Shown here piece by piece: positions 15,090 through 26,870 of a DNA stretch of 64,000 bases; the stretch's first letter is position 1, and each line of letters begins with the position of its first letter. Under the pieces are notes generated by a model. It did no database searches. It worked only from the letters and a program-made list of their open reading frames with translations, and was not told where the DNA came from. The position numbers and the translations under genes are program-made. This DNA comes from the human T2T-CHM13v2.0 reference genome, Homo sapiens. The stretch lies in NCBI RefSeq assembly GCF_009914755.1, contig NC_060928.1, one strand, 5' to 3'.

Positions 15090-15259
15090 TTACTCTCTGT
15101 CTCTCTTTTTAAGAGACAGAGTCTCACTCTGTCACCCAGGCTGGAGCTGAGTGGCTTGATCATAGCTCACTGCAGCCTCAAACTCCTGGGCTCAAGTGAT
15201 CCTCCTGCCTCAGCCTCTCAAAGCACTGGGGTTACAGGTGTGAGCTACTGCACCTGGCC
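15090..15259 (-). mobile_element. Alu monomer (FLAM/AluJ-type)
   Basis: Single arm with TCACTGCAGCCTCAAACTCCTGGGCTCAAGTGATCC, ending GGCC. Confidence 0.88.
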
Positions 15260-18097
15260 CCTTTGTATATTCTGAGTTCAAACTCCTTGTCGTTACTTGG
15301 CAAAATTTTCATTCCAGGCCACTGCATCGGTTACTGGCCAGCTTTGAGGGCAGGGAACAAGTCCCCCTGGCTGCATGATGGTGAGGTCATACAATGCTCT
15401 GAGGGGTCTCTGCAAGGGGCAGGGAAATTGGCTTGTTTACTGTAATTGACTAAAGTAGGCTGATGGCAGAGGACTGTGGGTAAAGTGCTCTGGTGAACCT
15501 TGGAATGTCATTGGCTCAATTCTGCCATGGGCTTTTTACGTGAAATGCCTGGGTTTCTTCATTCCAAACAAAGGAGTGGGTGGAAATGTCCTACCTTGCC
15601 TTAAGAAGCTATGTTATGATTAGGTAAGAAGACGGAAAAAGCAGCGGGTATTCTATAATTGCAGATCGGCCAGGGTATTAGAAACCCAGCCAACAGACCT
15701 AATCAATTCAACAGAAGACACCATTAGCACTTAGTTACAAGGCGACTGGTGAGAAAACAAGCTGGTGGTTTTTATTGTATCATGTCTGAACTGCTGATGT
15801 TCTTCCTGCTGGTGGGAGCTGTTCAGAATTACTTTGTCAAGCCTGGCTCTTTGGGGGATAGGACAGAAAACAGAGCTGGGAGCAGTCTCTGCTGTGAACA
15901 GCCATAAAATCCACCTTGAAAAGCAGTGCAGAGTTGCAACAGAGATATGGTGGTTGGGAATTGGCTCTGGCTTGCTCAGAAAAAAGAATTAAGAAAGACA
16001 AGAATTCTGTCCTGGGAGGCTAAGTAGCAGAAACATCTCTTCAGGAAGAGCTGTTCCCAGCAGGTGCCAACCCAGGAGATCCAGTGGCCAGGCAGGTCCA
16101 AGATGACAATGGGTGCCAGGCTGCACAGCTCAGTGTTTCTTTCTGCCATGGCCAGGGGGAAGGGGACTGGATGCAGAAGCACAGTTGGGGAACGTACCCC
16201 AAGCGTGGCTGCTGCAGATTGACCAAAGGGTGAGGGCTGTGATGAGGCCAGTTGCTTCAGGGAGGCCAGAATCACAGTGTTTTGTGGTTAAGGACAGAAT
16301 CTGGTTCTCAGGTAAGGAAATTGACCAGCACCTGGAAGGTATCAAGGCCTTAGATATGCAGTTCTAGAAGAATAGGGACAGAGAAGAAATCAAGAAATCA
16401 AGAGTCCATCCTAGGATTGGGCTCAGAGGGACTCAGGCCTACACTAGGGGAATTTGGCTCTGGCTGCAGTGAAGGCATCAAGGAGGGGCAGGAGCAGCCG
16501 GCCTAGCTGGTCCCCAGGACCTGGGTTGAACAAGGACTGATGTCCAGGCCCTGTTACATTTTGGTGACTTAAGAAAAGCAATGACCAGTTGAGACTATGT
16601 CTTCTTCCTCAGAAAACAATACAGAGCTCCTTAGGAGAGGAGCTGGGCAGGGCAGGGAGAGAAAGAGCATTATGAGAATGACCTGGCATTTGTGAGCAGC
16701 TTGGAGATCTTCGGGCAGAAGCCGCTCTGGATGAGCTCATTGGAGCAGGGCATCGGGAAGCAGTAGAATAAATTTGATTAAAGCAGTTTGTTCTTCTGAT
16801 CGGCCCCGAATTAGGAAGCAGATCCAAGCTGGGCAGCACAAAGTGGTATGAAAGAAGCCAAGCCCTGGGTAGTGTTTTCCCTTCTGTCCTTTGTCAGTCA
16901 CTTTCCAAACATCTGTACCTTTATCAATACAGAAGTCTCTGGGGCCCTGTGGCATCTGTAAGAACAGGCTCCCCGGCTGAGGCAGCCAAGTGCAAATCCA
17001 GCACAGCACGGGGATGCTATCTATCACTCAGGGCTTTCCAGGGAGATCCTATTCAGAAGCCCAGGTGCTTAACAGGTAAGGAACAGTGTTAATAAAAGTT
17101 CTTTTGACTTGAAAGGGCACAGAAAAAACCAATAAAGCTGAGCCCAGCTCTTAAAAAAAAAAAGGTTGATAAAACCGACAAAAAATAAAGAAGTAGTTTA
17201 TCGTGGTTCTAAAAGAAAGGCGAGGGTTTTTCTTTCTCTTGTTTAAAGGCAGAATTAATTAATCTACCGCTGGCTTGAGCTCTGAATGGAATGTTAGCTG
17301 TGACTCTGGGGGGCTGTTAAGTCCTCTGGACCCTGGATAAGCTTTCATTAAAGCAACGGTATTTAAAATAGTGAATTTAAATTCATCCATCGAACAGAAT
17401 AGAGCACCAGGAATAGAGAAGAAAAGCTAAATGACGAGAGTGCTGTTAGGAAGCAACTCTTGAGAACAGAAGTGCAATTCCTTAAGCCCTCCTTAGGGAC
17501 AAGATGATAATAATATTAGAACAACCATAGTGGTATCAGCAGCCCCGGTTCCTTTCCTTTCCTCTGCCTTTCCCAGCTTCTCACAGCCAAATCCATGGGC
17601 TGTCTGCACTCCCAGGCTCAGATCTATTTTACTTCCTGAGCAAGCAAGACCAAAAGAAGTGGCCACTTCTCATTCTCAGACCAATGGGCCAGAGGGCCAG
17701 CTAAGGGGTTTCTCCCGTCCTTACCCCATCCCTAGGTGCCCTCCCCACAGGTGACATGCTCCATCCTAGGTCCTGGGGTGAACTACTTTGGAGTCTCTTA
17801 ATTTCTTCACTGTCTATACTCTTCTAGGACTGTCTGTCTAAGGCTTTGATACCATCCATCCTTCTGGCCAATTTCCTCCCCTAAGGGCCGAATTCTGCCC
17901 TTGAGCCCCAGGCTAGAGTCCTGTCCAACATGGACAGATTTTCTGGAAGTAAGCCCACAGCTTGCCTGAATATTTGATTGACATCTGAATTCCTTGCTGC
18001 TGTGCAAGGAATCCTATTGGGATGCACAGGATAACTGGGAGTACGATGCCATCTGAGATGCCTGCTGTCCTCTCTGGAGGTGATCTCTGTGGCCCCA

Positions 18098-18315
18098 TTC
18101 ATTTCCCCACACTCTTTCTCGCCCAGGCCTGGCTTCCTCTTGTGCCCACTTGCCCTGTTGTTGAGAGTCTAGCCTGCCTCTCACCTGGCCCATTCAACCA
18201 GCAACTTGGGACAGCCTGTGGAACCCTGTGCAAGATCTCAGTGGAAGAGAACAATTATTTTGCAGGCACAATGGAGACTACCCAAAGTGTACAGATAAAT
18301 CTAGACCTTAGATTT
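18098..18315 (+). repeat. Local direct duplication, copy 1 (218 bp)
   Basis: Aligns without gaps to 20216-20433; 13 mismatches counted by eye. Confidence 0.95.
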
Positions 18316-18334
18316 AGGTATGTTTAGAATTGAT

Positions 18335-18800
18335 TGAATCATTCATTCAATAAAAAAGATTATTGAGGGCTTATGTACCAGGCACTGTTCTAAGTGCTAG
18401 GGTTATAGCAGTAAACACAAAAATACTTGTTCTTATGAATATTATGATCTGGTAGGGAGAAGATAGACAATAAAAACGATGAAGTGAGAAAAAGATATAA
18501 ATGCTATGGAAAGAAAGAAAGCAGAGGAGAGGGCAGGCAATGTGAGGTAACTGCTGTGATTTTAAATAAAGCAAAGGAAGCTTTTACAGAGAAGGTGACA
18601 TTGAGGAAAGACCAGGGAGATGTTAGGGAGTGAGCTGGGCCTTATGAGTACCTGGAAGAGAGCATTCTAGGTGAAGGGGCAGTCAGTGCAAAGGCCCTGA
18701 GGTAGGCGTATACCTGGTCAGTTGGCTAGAACAGAGAAAATGAGGGGGAGGTGAAGTGGGGAGAGGATTCAGCACCTGTAGGTGGATTTAGGCCTCTGGA
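18335..18800 (-). mobile_element. L2 LINE 3' end
   Basis: ATTCATTCAATAAA..TATTGAGGGCTTATGTACCAGGCACTGTTCTAAGTGCT; CAGTGCAAAGGCCCTGAGG. Confidence 0.8.
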
Positions 18801-18821
18801 ATGGGGGAATGAAATAGGGAC

Positions 18822-19196
18822 TGTTTTAGTCAGCTCGAGGAGCCATAACAAAATGCCATAGTCTGTGTGGCTTAAACAACAACCATTTATTTTTTATAGT
18901 TCTGGAGGCCAGGAAGTCTGAGATCAGGGTGACAGCATGGTCAGGTTCTGGTGAGGAGCCTCTTCCTGGCTTTGTAGTCAGCTGCCCTCTCGCTGTGTCC
19001 TCACATGGCAAAGAGAAGCAGCTCTGGTGTCTCCTCTTCTTCTTACAAGGATGCTAACTCCATCACAAGGGCCTCATCCTCCTGACCTCATCTAAGTCTA
19101 ATCACCTTCCAAAGTCCCCGGCTCCTAATACCATCATCTTGGGGGTTAGATTTTCAACATACGAAATCTGGGGACACAGACATTCCATTTATAACG
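18822..19196 (-). mobile_element. Solo MaLR LTR (MLT1A-like)
   Basis: GGCTTAAACAAC, TTCTGGAGGCCAGGAAGTCTGAGATCAGG, GGGGACACAGACATTC; TSD GGGAC/GGGAG. Confidence 0.9.
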
Positions 19197-20215
19197 GGGA
19201 GCTAGTGCAGGGTTTTAAGCACTGAGAAAATCAATTCCAAAGTCTTTTACCCTCCATTAAATCAACAATTATCTGCCTCAGTTTTCCCAAATCCCATCCT
19301 GGACTCTAACTCTAGAAGCTTCTTAGGGACTCAGAATGAGTCTTGCTTAGGAAAACTAGGGGTTTCTCTGCGTGCTGCTTTGGTAGTTCATGCAAATCTT
19401 CGTTTTCTCCATTCAGCAGAGACAGGTGATTTTCAGCTTATAAAGTTCAATGACGTCAGCTTTAAAGTTTTCCTTTGGTCCTACTTGTGCGATTTTTAAA
19501 AACTAAGCAGTGATCCACATGAAAGATGTTTGGTTACCCCTATGACTATAGATTAGACCAAGACGCTGTGGCTTCAGACAATGTTAATCTTAACCTAGGC
19601 CTGGATTTATTAGGCTGCCCGGCATCCGAGATCTCAGATAAGTACATTTTCTACTCTAGCCTTTGCTGTACTAAGCCTCACTGGAAAATTTTCTAAGGGT
19701 TCAGAAAAGAAATACTTCAAACTGTAAACCACATAAGCCTTTCTTTTCAGTCTTGTCTTTTTTCCCCCACCTTCTCTTTCTTTCTGTATAATAGTGAAAC
19801 TATCTTCAGTGCCCAACTGACTCATCTGGAAGCCTGATCAGTGAGTTGAATTATCCTCACTTTTTAAAAAGGAGATGAATTATTTGTCTAGAACAAGAAA
19901 CTGTGCACTGAGGTGACTTGGTATAATGCCCTGAGAGGCAATAACAACCCAGTGACCCAGCCACGCCGAGGAGGTGAATGTCGTGGGATTGAGGGGAATG
20001 GCCTTCACCCTTCATTCAATGTCTCTGCTCCATCCCAGGCCACTGGCTGCAGAGATGAAAAGTAATGAGGGTATTACTCAGCTCCACAATTTCTGTAAGA
20101 TTCTGGACATGCCTCTGGTGCATACACCCTAATGGGACCCATCAGATCTGAACTTGCTCCAGTTGATCCGCTTGTGACCAGGATCCAGGCCTAAGCCCTA
20201 AGTCAGCTGCAGAAC

Positions 20216-20433
20216 TTCATGTTCCCACACTCTTTTTTGCCCAGGCCTGGCTTCCTCTTGTGCCCTCTTACCCTATTGTTGAGAGTCTAGCCTGCCTCTT
20301 ACTTGGCCCATTCAACCAGGAATTTGGGACAGCCTGTGGAACCCTGTGAAAGATCTCAATGGAAGAGAACAATTATTTTGCAGGCACAATGGAGACTACC
20401 CAAAGTGTACAGATAAATCTAGACCTTAGATTT
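20216..20433 (+). repeat. Local direct duplication, copy 2 (218 bp)
   Basis: Aligns without gaps to 18098-18315. Confidence 0.95.
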
Positions 20434-20575
20434 GTCATTCATCTGACAACTATTTATTTTGCTTTTGTGTGACAGCATTGTTCTAGGCACTGGGGCTACA
20501 GTAGATGATTAAACAAACAAAATTCCTTGCATGCATGGAGCTTACATTCTAGGAGGGGTAATAGACAAGACATAA
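20434..20575 (-). mobile_element. L2 LINE 3' end
   Basis: TCATTCAT..AACTATTTATT..CAGCATTGTTCTAGGCACTGGGG..CATGGAGCTTACATTCTAG. Confidence 0.7.
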
Positions 20576-22249
20576 GTTTTGATCCCGGAGTCTCCAGGGC
20601 TGAGGTGGATCAGGGAAGAGAGCAGGACATTTCTCCAGACCTGTCTCCTCAGGGCTGAGCTGGCCTGGTCCAGGATCCGGGGCCCAGGAACAGGGGTGGG
20701 TCAGCCAGGCCTGGCCTCTGCTGGAACTCCTTATGTGGTCTCCAAAGGGACTTTGCCTCTGTGAAGGCCTCTGGCCAAGCATGCTTTGTAGAATCAGTCC
20801 CTCCTGGTACTACCTAGGTCTCCTAGGCAAGGCTGCAAATGTTGCTCACTTGTGGAACTCACGATAAAAACAACCCAAATTGCTATGGTAGTTGAAGAAT
20901 GAAAGTCTGAGCTTAAGGGAATGATCTGTCCCTGGAGGAAGTTGGGGGAAGGTAACAGCCAATAGGATGAAAGAGGGAGCCTGCAGAGGCAGGAGTTTTG
21001 ATGATGAAAAGACTATTTGAGATTCTTCTTTCTTTTCTCTTAGCTTCACCCAGCACTTACACATACACCCCGGTTCCCTCTCGAAGCTCCCAAAGCCCCT
21101 ATGCATTAAATAAAGTTCAGAACATAAGAAAAAATAAACTAGGCATTTTATCTGTGACATGGATTACAGCATCTCCTCTGGTATGACTTACTACCCTAAA
21201 GCTTTTTAAAAGGATAGAAGCAATGAGGCTCGAAGCCCAACAACTGTTTCAAACCCATTAACTGGACTTGAGCTTTGCCACACAGCTTCCCTCTGATTTG
21301 AGGTGGTTGGGATGTACATTTATGGCTGATGCATCTGTAGTTATAAATACTTGTGAAAAAAATAATGGGGCTTGAAGGTCGGAATAGTCCATTAACCCTA
21401 GAACTGCACCATCAGGGAGGTGAGGGAGCATCTTTTGTGGGGAGCAGATGGGTGTGAAAAAGTCCACACAAAGTATAATAGGGCATGTTTGGGAGACAAG
21501 GGGAATTTTCTGGTCACTCCAGAGTTTCATCTAAAGCCTAAGACTCGGAATAAAAGGCTCTAAATTGATGACAAACTAAGTTCAGGAAACCACCCTCGAA
21601 TGTGACTGGTTATAGTCACAGTACTACTATCCAGCCCTCTGGTAATCTATGAGAACTTGGGTTGAAGGCAGGTGTCTTGATGGGGAAGTGCAGTGCTGCT
21701 GAGAGGAGAGTGATTCCTGAATGGGCCCCTCATAAAGATTGGGCTGCCCCAATTATCCCCCTTCATTAAGTTGTTTGCAAACTGCCGACCTCCAGAAGGG
21801 TAGGGTGCCTGGCACTGTAGGGGGCACTTGGAGGAAGAGGCAGGCGAGAGAGGGCTGGAATAGCAGGATGGCCAGGCAGACAAGGGACAAGGGCATGCTC
21901 TGCGGTTTCTGGTGTCCGAGGAGGACTGAAGGTAGATCCTGCACACACCACACACACCAGTAGATTCTGGAGGTGGGGGTGGTAGAGGGTGGATGAACTT
22001 GATGGTTACAATTTTGCAAGAGGCACGGCCAGCAGCGTACTGTGAGGTCACGTGCTGGTGGTTCACTGGAAAATGTGGCTGAATCTTGCAAGGAACCATA
22101 TGGCAAAGGTGGTGTGTTAGGTACTGAACAGCCACTCTCACCTTCTACTTTATGAAGAGAAGTCCAATTCTATTGGAGAAAACGTTGCTGGCTAAAATGC
22201 CTGGCTAAAAATCGCATTGCCTAGTTGCAGCTCAGGTTGTTCAAGTAAA

Positions 22250-22590
22250 ATAGGTCAATGAGGGGAGGCCTGCTGGGGATATCTCAGAAGGTTTGTTTTC
22301 CTGTGATGGACAATATTCTTTCCTCCTTTAGCTCTTTTCGCTCTTCCTTATTTCCTTATTTCTTGTAACTTGGATGAGATAGCTGGAGCTCTGGCAGCTA
22401 TTTTGTGAGAATGAGGATGAGAGCGCTACCCTAGGATGACAGAGCAACAAGCCAGAACGAGCTTAAGTCAATGACAACATTGTGAAGCCATCGTAATAGC
22501 CCCAGACTTCTCATTACCTCTTTCTTACTTAAGCCATGATTGTTTGGATTTTCTGCTACTTATAACATCATTTTATCCTTAATCATACAT
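22250..22590 (+). mobile_element. Old MaLR LTR (MLT1J/K/L-like)
   Basis: GCTGGAGCTCTGGCAGCTATTTTGTGA and CTTAAGCCATGATTGTTTGGATTTTCTGCTACTT. Confidence 0.6.
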
Positions 22591-23119
22591 ACCACCACTG
22601 CCTATAAGAGATAGAGCCACCACCACCTGTCTCTGTGAAGCCCACAGGCAGTGAGCCAGATGAGCAGCTAGTGACTGGCCCCAAAGGAGGGCCTCAGCTT
22701 CTCCATAGCAACAACAGAAGGAGAAAGTCCTCCCTCCCTGTCCCCGTTCTTACCCCAACACTGAAGGGAAAGGGGGAGAGTGTGAGTACAGACACCCCAC
22801 CCCTGCCACCCAACGACTGCTCCATGCCAAGCCTCAAGAGACTTAAATCCGGCCCGTGGTACAGTGTGTGGAATAAGTGTTTAAACCACTCTTAAAAACT
22901 GAAAATGACTGTTTTAATAAACAGAAGTAATTGTCAAGTTTTGGAGTCAGGTTGAAATGTTGAGGGAGCCACTACCCAGTGCAAAAAAGGGATTGGATTC
23001 AGCAGAATTAGAGACAGTTTAGAAAACAACATTATTTCAATTCTGTACCCCTATAGAGTTAAAATATCTCAATAAACTGCTTATAACATAAATCTGCTTA
23101 ATTTCAATTCTCTTAGATC

Positions 23120-23390
23120 CATCCCCACATCTCTATGTACTGATATGGAAAGATTTCCAGGACAGATCCTAAGTTAAACGAAAAAAGAGGGAAGTACAAC
23201 ACAGCATGCACAATAGGCTACCTTTGGAAAATAAAAGGGGGCAAACAGGAACTGCCCTGGAAACACATACCGGATTATCTACAGGGTGGATGGCAATGGA
23301 GGAAAAGCAGGATTTCTTAGAAGATATTTCTTTATATGGATTTGATTCTTGAATCATGTGAATGTATTCCCAAGTAAAAATTTTAAATTC
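23120..23390 (+). mobile_element. Old L1ME 3' fragment
   Basis: CTCTATGTACTGATATGGAAAGATTTCCAGGACA, CCATGTGAATGTATT-like end. Confidence 0.6.
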
Positions 23391-23691
23391 GAAATGTTAG
23401 TGTCACAGAGTATTCAACTTTCTTACAGAAAAGACATTTAGATCAACAGATGACAAAAATAGGAGACTGCAAAATTCTTCCTTCCATCCACCTCCAATAA
23501 TGAAATCAGTGTTTGTTTGCTGCTTTTTTTAGACAAATCTCCCCGTTTTGTAAAACAAGGGAGTATTTTTTGTTTTACAAAACTGAGAGATTTAGGTAAG
23601 CCGTGAGTTAGTGGAAACATCCGGAACCATATAAGGGAGCTTTAGCTTTTGTGTGAAGGAAAGAAAACAGTTTGTGACTTTAGCTGAAACA

Positions 23692-23942
23692 AATAATAAT
23701 TAATATATTACTGTATATAATTGATTACTATAGTATATTTTATATTGATATAAAATATATTAGCATATTTATATATTAATATATTATTATATCCATATAT
23801 TAATTTAATACAAGTAATATATTAATATATATCATATGTTATTATAATATAAAATTGTATATTATAATAACATATACTAATATAATACGTTACATATCTT
23901 AGTAATATGTGACTGTATATAATTTTATGTTAATTTATTTTT
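23692..23942. repeat. AT-rich low-complexity tract
   Basis: About 250 nt of almost exclusively A/T with TATATTA-type repeats. Confidence 0.85.
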
Positions 23943-24057
23943 CAAACTTCTTGTGACCAGATTTTCTGTACCTAAGAGAAATTTTCTGTAACTAAGAGAA
24001 CTTTAGCTGCAGAAATATAACACTAGTGAGAAATCTAACAAGTTTGTTTATTTAAGG

Positions 24058-24240
24058 CAAGGGTTGGCAAACTATAGCCCGTGGGCCCAATCCAGCCAGC
24101 TGCCTACTTTTTACAGCCAGTAAGCTAAGAATGGTTTTGACATTTTTGAGTGGTTATGTTTTAAATGGTTGTATAAATATCTACATAATGTCCTTGCTAT
24201 TGCCTCTTGGCCTCCAAGTCTGAAGATGGGAAAACATTGC
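24058..24240. mobile_element. hAT-Charlie MITE (MER33/MER58-like)
   Basis: CAAGGGTTGGCAAACTATAGCCCGTGGGCC..GCTAAGAATGGTTTTT. Confidence 0.7.
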
Positions 24241-24926
24241 TCTGGGTTGGGTGTTTCTATTGTGCTAATGCCTCATTTGGTACCCAAAGCCCTGAAGCAA
24301 CAAGACTTAGTTGGGTCTCGTTCCAGCTGCCAGATGCAGAGAAGGCCTAGCATGCATAGCTCAGTATGTCACCGGCCCATGAATGTGTCTCTTAAATACA
24401 GAAAAGACGACACGTCAGCCTGTTGCAATGGGGTTCTGTGGCTTGAAAAAGACCTCTGTATTGTATATGAATCTTAGTAATTGGAACTTGGACTCATCAC
24501 GTCTTTTTTAGCAATGACATTGTAACAGCATGCACCCATCCATCATCGTGTCATCCTTATGAAAATGGTCTCCACTGGTCAGCTTGTCATAGTTAATTAG
24601 TCTTCCAATGTATGGATAGTCAGAAGCAAAGCGACTTTGAGGTTTTTTTTGACAATTTTAAAAGTGAACTCCAGAGATACCTGATCTTTCCTGCCTTTTA
24701 ATTAGAGCCTTTTCATTTGAGGAGGAGAGTGTCCTTGTGGTTAGGAGTACAACCAGCCTAGTTCTGCTTCCCATTTTCAGTTCTGTAGGCGACTCATAGC
24801 AACCACAGGCAAGTCGGTGACTGAGTCCTCCAATATGTGCAGTACAGGAAGTTCTAGAATAAAATGCAGTTAGCTGATTGCTACTCAAATGTAGATATTG
24901 TTGATATCTTAGTGAGAAAAGGGTAG

Positions 24927-25432
24927 TGTATTAGATACCGCTATGAAATCTCTAAACTTAGTAGTTTAAAAAAGATGAACAACCATTTGTTTAGCTCAAG
25001 ATTCTGTAAGTCATCAATTTAGTCTGGGCACAGCTTGCTCCGTCAGGCACCCACAGTCAGTGGTGTTGGTGTGTTGGGTGGATGGGTGGTTGTGTTCATC
25101 TTGGCTGGGCTCTCTCATGTCTCAGGCTTTGGCTGGGACAATGAGCTATGCCTCTCTGCTCCGAATAGCTTCTTTTCCCACAGCAGGCTAGCCCAGGCAG
25201 ACATAGGGGTCTCGAAAGAGAGTGAATGTGTGTAAGAAATCTTAAAGCCTAGGCTTGGAATGGGCAAAATATGACTCCATCATATTTTAATGGTCAAAGC
25301 AGGTCACAAGGCGAGCCTGGACCCAAAGTGAAGGGAAACAGACTCTACCTCTTGATGAAAGGGGCTTCAGGGTCATGTTTCAAGGGCATGGTTGCAGGAA
25401 GAAGAAGGGTTGTGGTTATTTTGCCATCTACC
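24927..25432 (-). mobile_element. Old MaLR LTR (MLT1G/H-like)
   Basis: TGTATTAG start, AACAACCATTTGTTTAGCTCAAGATTCTG, GGTCAAAGCAGGTCACAAGGC, ACAGACTCTACCTCTTGATG. Confidence 0.7.
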
Positions 25433-25879
25433 TCTGGGAGCTAAAACATGAAGGAACACATGCAAGGTGTGAACCGGCCCTGCTGCCAGACAAGGTGAGG
25501 GGAAGAGGCCATGACCGTGAAGTCTAGATGCTAAGCTGTGAGAGAGGGACTGATCAGGGGAATTCAGTGACCTCACGTACAGCAGGGATATAGATGATAC
25601 CGCTGTTTTTCCCCGGGTCTCATTTCTGGCAGAAGAGAGTGAGGGAGCCTCCAGGAGAGAAGTCAGACCTGCAAAGGATGAGTAGGTGTGTGAGTAGCAC
25701 CATGGGGGGTTTTGGTTAATTTAGTGAAGAAAGAGGGTATTTTTCCATATGCATTGGGAAACCAAGAGTGAACACAGGCTCTGAGTTCAACAGGCTAGTG
25801 GAGAGGAAAGAAAACTGCACGCAGGAAGGAAATCCCCTGAACCAAGAGGCTGAGGTTTGATGTTGTGAGCTCAGCCTTC

Positions 25880-26110
25880 CAAGGCAGACACACATGACTT
25901 CTAGTTGTGGTGTGACACCTTATTAACTGTGTGACTTTGGGCAAATCACTTTACCTCTCTAAGGCTCAATCTCCATATCTGTAAGATAAGGATAATAATA
26001 TATGCCTCAGAGTACTGTAGGGGTGACTAAAGGAGATAATCCATTGTAATATGTCTAAATCGATACCTGGCAGGATAACGGCTGTCCATGAGTGTCCATT
26101 GTTACTAACC
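25880..26110 (+). mobile_element. MIR SINE
   Basis: CTGTGTGACTTTGGGCAAATCACTTTACCTCTCT..CTGTAAGATAAGGATAATAAT. Confidence 0.8.
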
Positions 26111-26768
26111 TTCTTACTTTTGTTGCTATTGATTTTTCATGCATGGCCCACAATTCTAGTTTGCAGTACTGGCCACACTGATGAGCTCTCCTAGTATTTT
26201 AGATGAACAGTTTCATGTGGGTGTACCACTATCAATTCTAAAGTAACATACATTGAGATAAATGAATTGTCCCTTCATACAATGTTCCTTTCCCAAATGT
26301 TTGTATCTGTTCATTCAGCACCACCATTTAGCCACCCAAAGAATCTTTGTTTCCTTCCTTCCTTCAGACCTCATATCCGGTCATCAAACTATGACATATC
26401 TCTCACCCTGTACTTCCCATTCCATTCCCCGACTACCTGCAGAATCTGAGTTCTCACTTGATGCTTTGAGTACCACTTCAGAGTTCTTACAAGTTTCCCT
26501 GCCTCCAGGCTCTCTATGCTTTCATCCATTCTGCATCTTGTTGCAAAATTGATCTTCCAAAAAACAGTCCTTTGCTGAAAGCCGTCAATGGTGCCTCACT
26601 GCTTACCAGCTGACTTCCAAACACTGAGTTTGACGTATAAAGCTCTCCACAACCTGACCCAGGCCTTGTTACTAGACTAATCTTCCAAGACTCTGGGCAA
26701 GATCATTTGGCTTTAGACATTTTTTGTATCTCTATTTTGTGTTCCCAATAAGAGTGTGAGCCTGTAGA

Positions 26769-26870
26769 GCAGAGGTTGGCAAACCATAGCCTGTGGACTA
26801 ATTCTGTATGATCCATAAAGCTAAAATGTTTACTATCTGACACGTTATGGAAAAGTTTATTGACTCTTGC
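26769..26870. mobile_element. MER58A-like hAT MITE, internally deleted
   Basis: CAGAGGTTGGCAAAC...GTTTATTGACTCTTG imperfect terminal inverted repeats; CTAAAATGTTTACTATCTG. Confidence 0.7.

Noticed and set aside
21647-22141. Longest ORF in the track (164 aa, - strand)
   Set aside because: Non-ATG start, no recognisable domain, no retrocopy hallmarks such as poly-A or TSD; the length is compatible with chance
23692-23942. Extremely AT-rich tract considered as a NUMT or foreign DNA
   Set aside because: Low-complexity TA-derived sequence with no mitochondrial gene features
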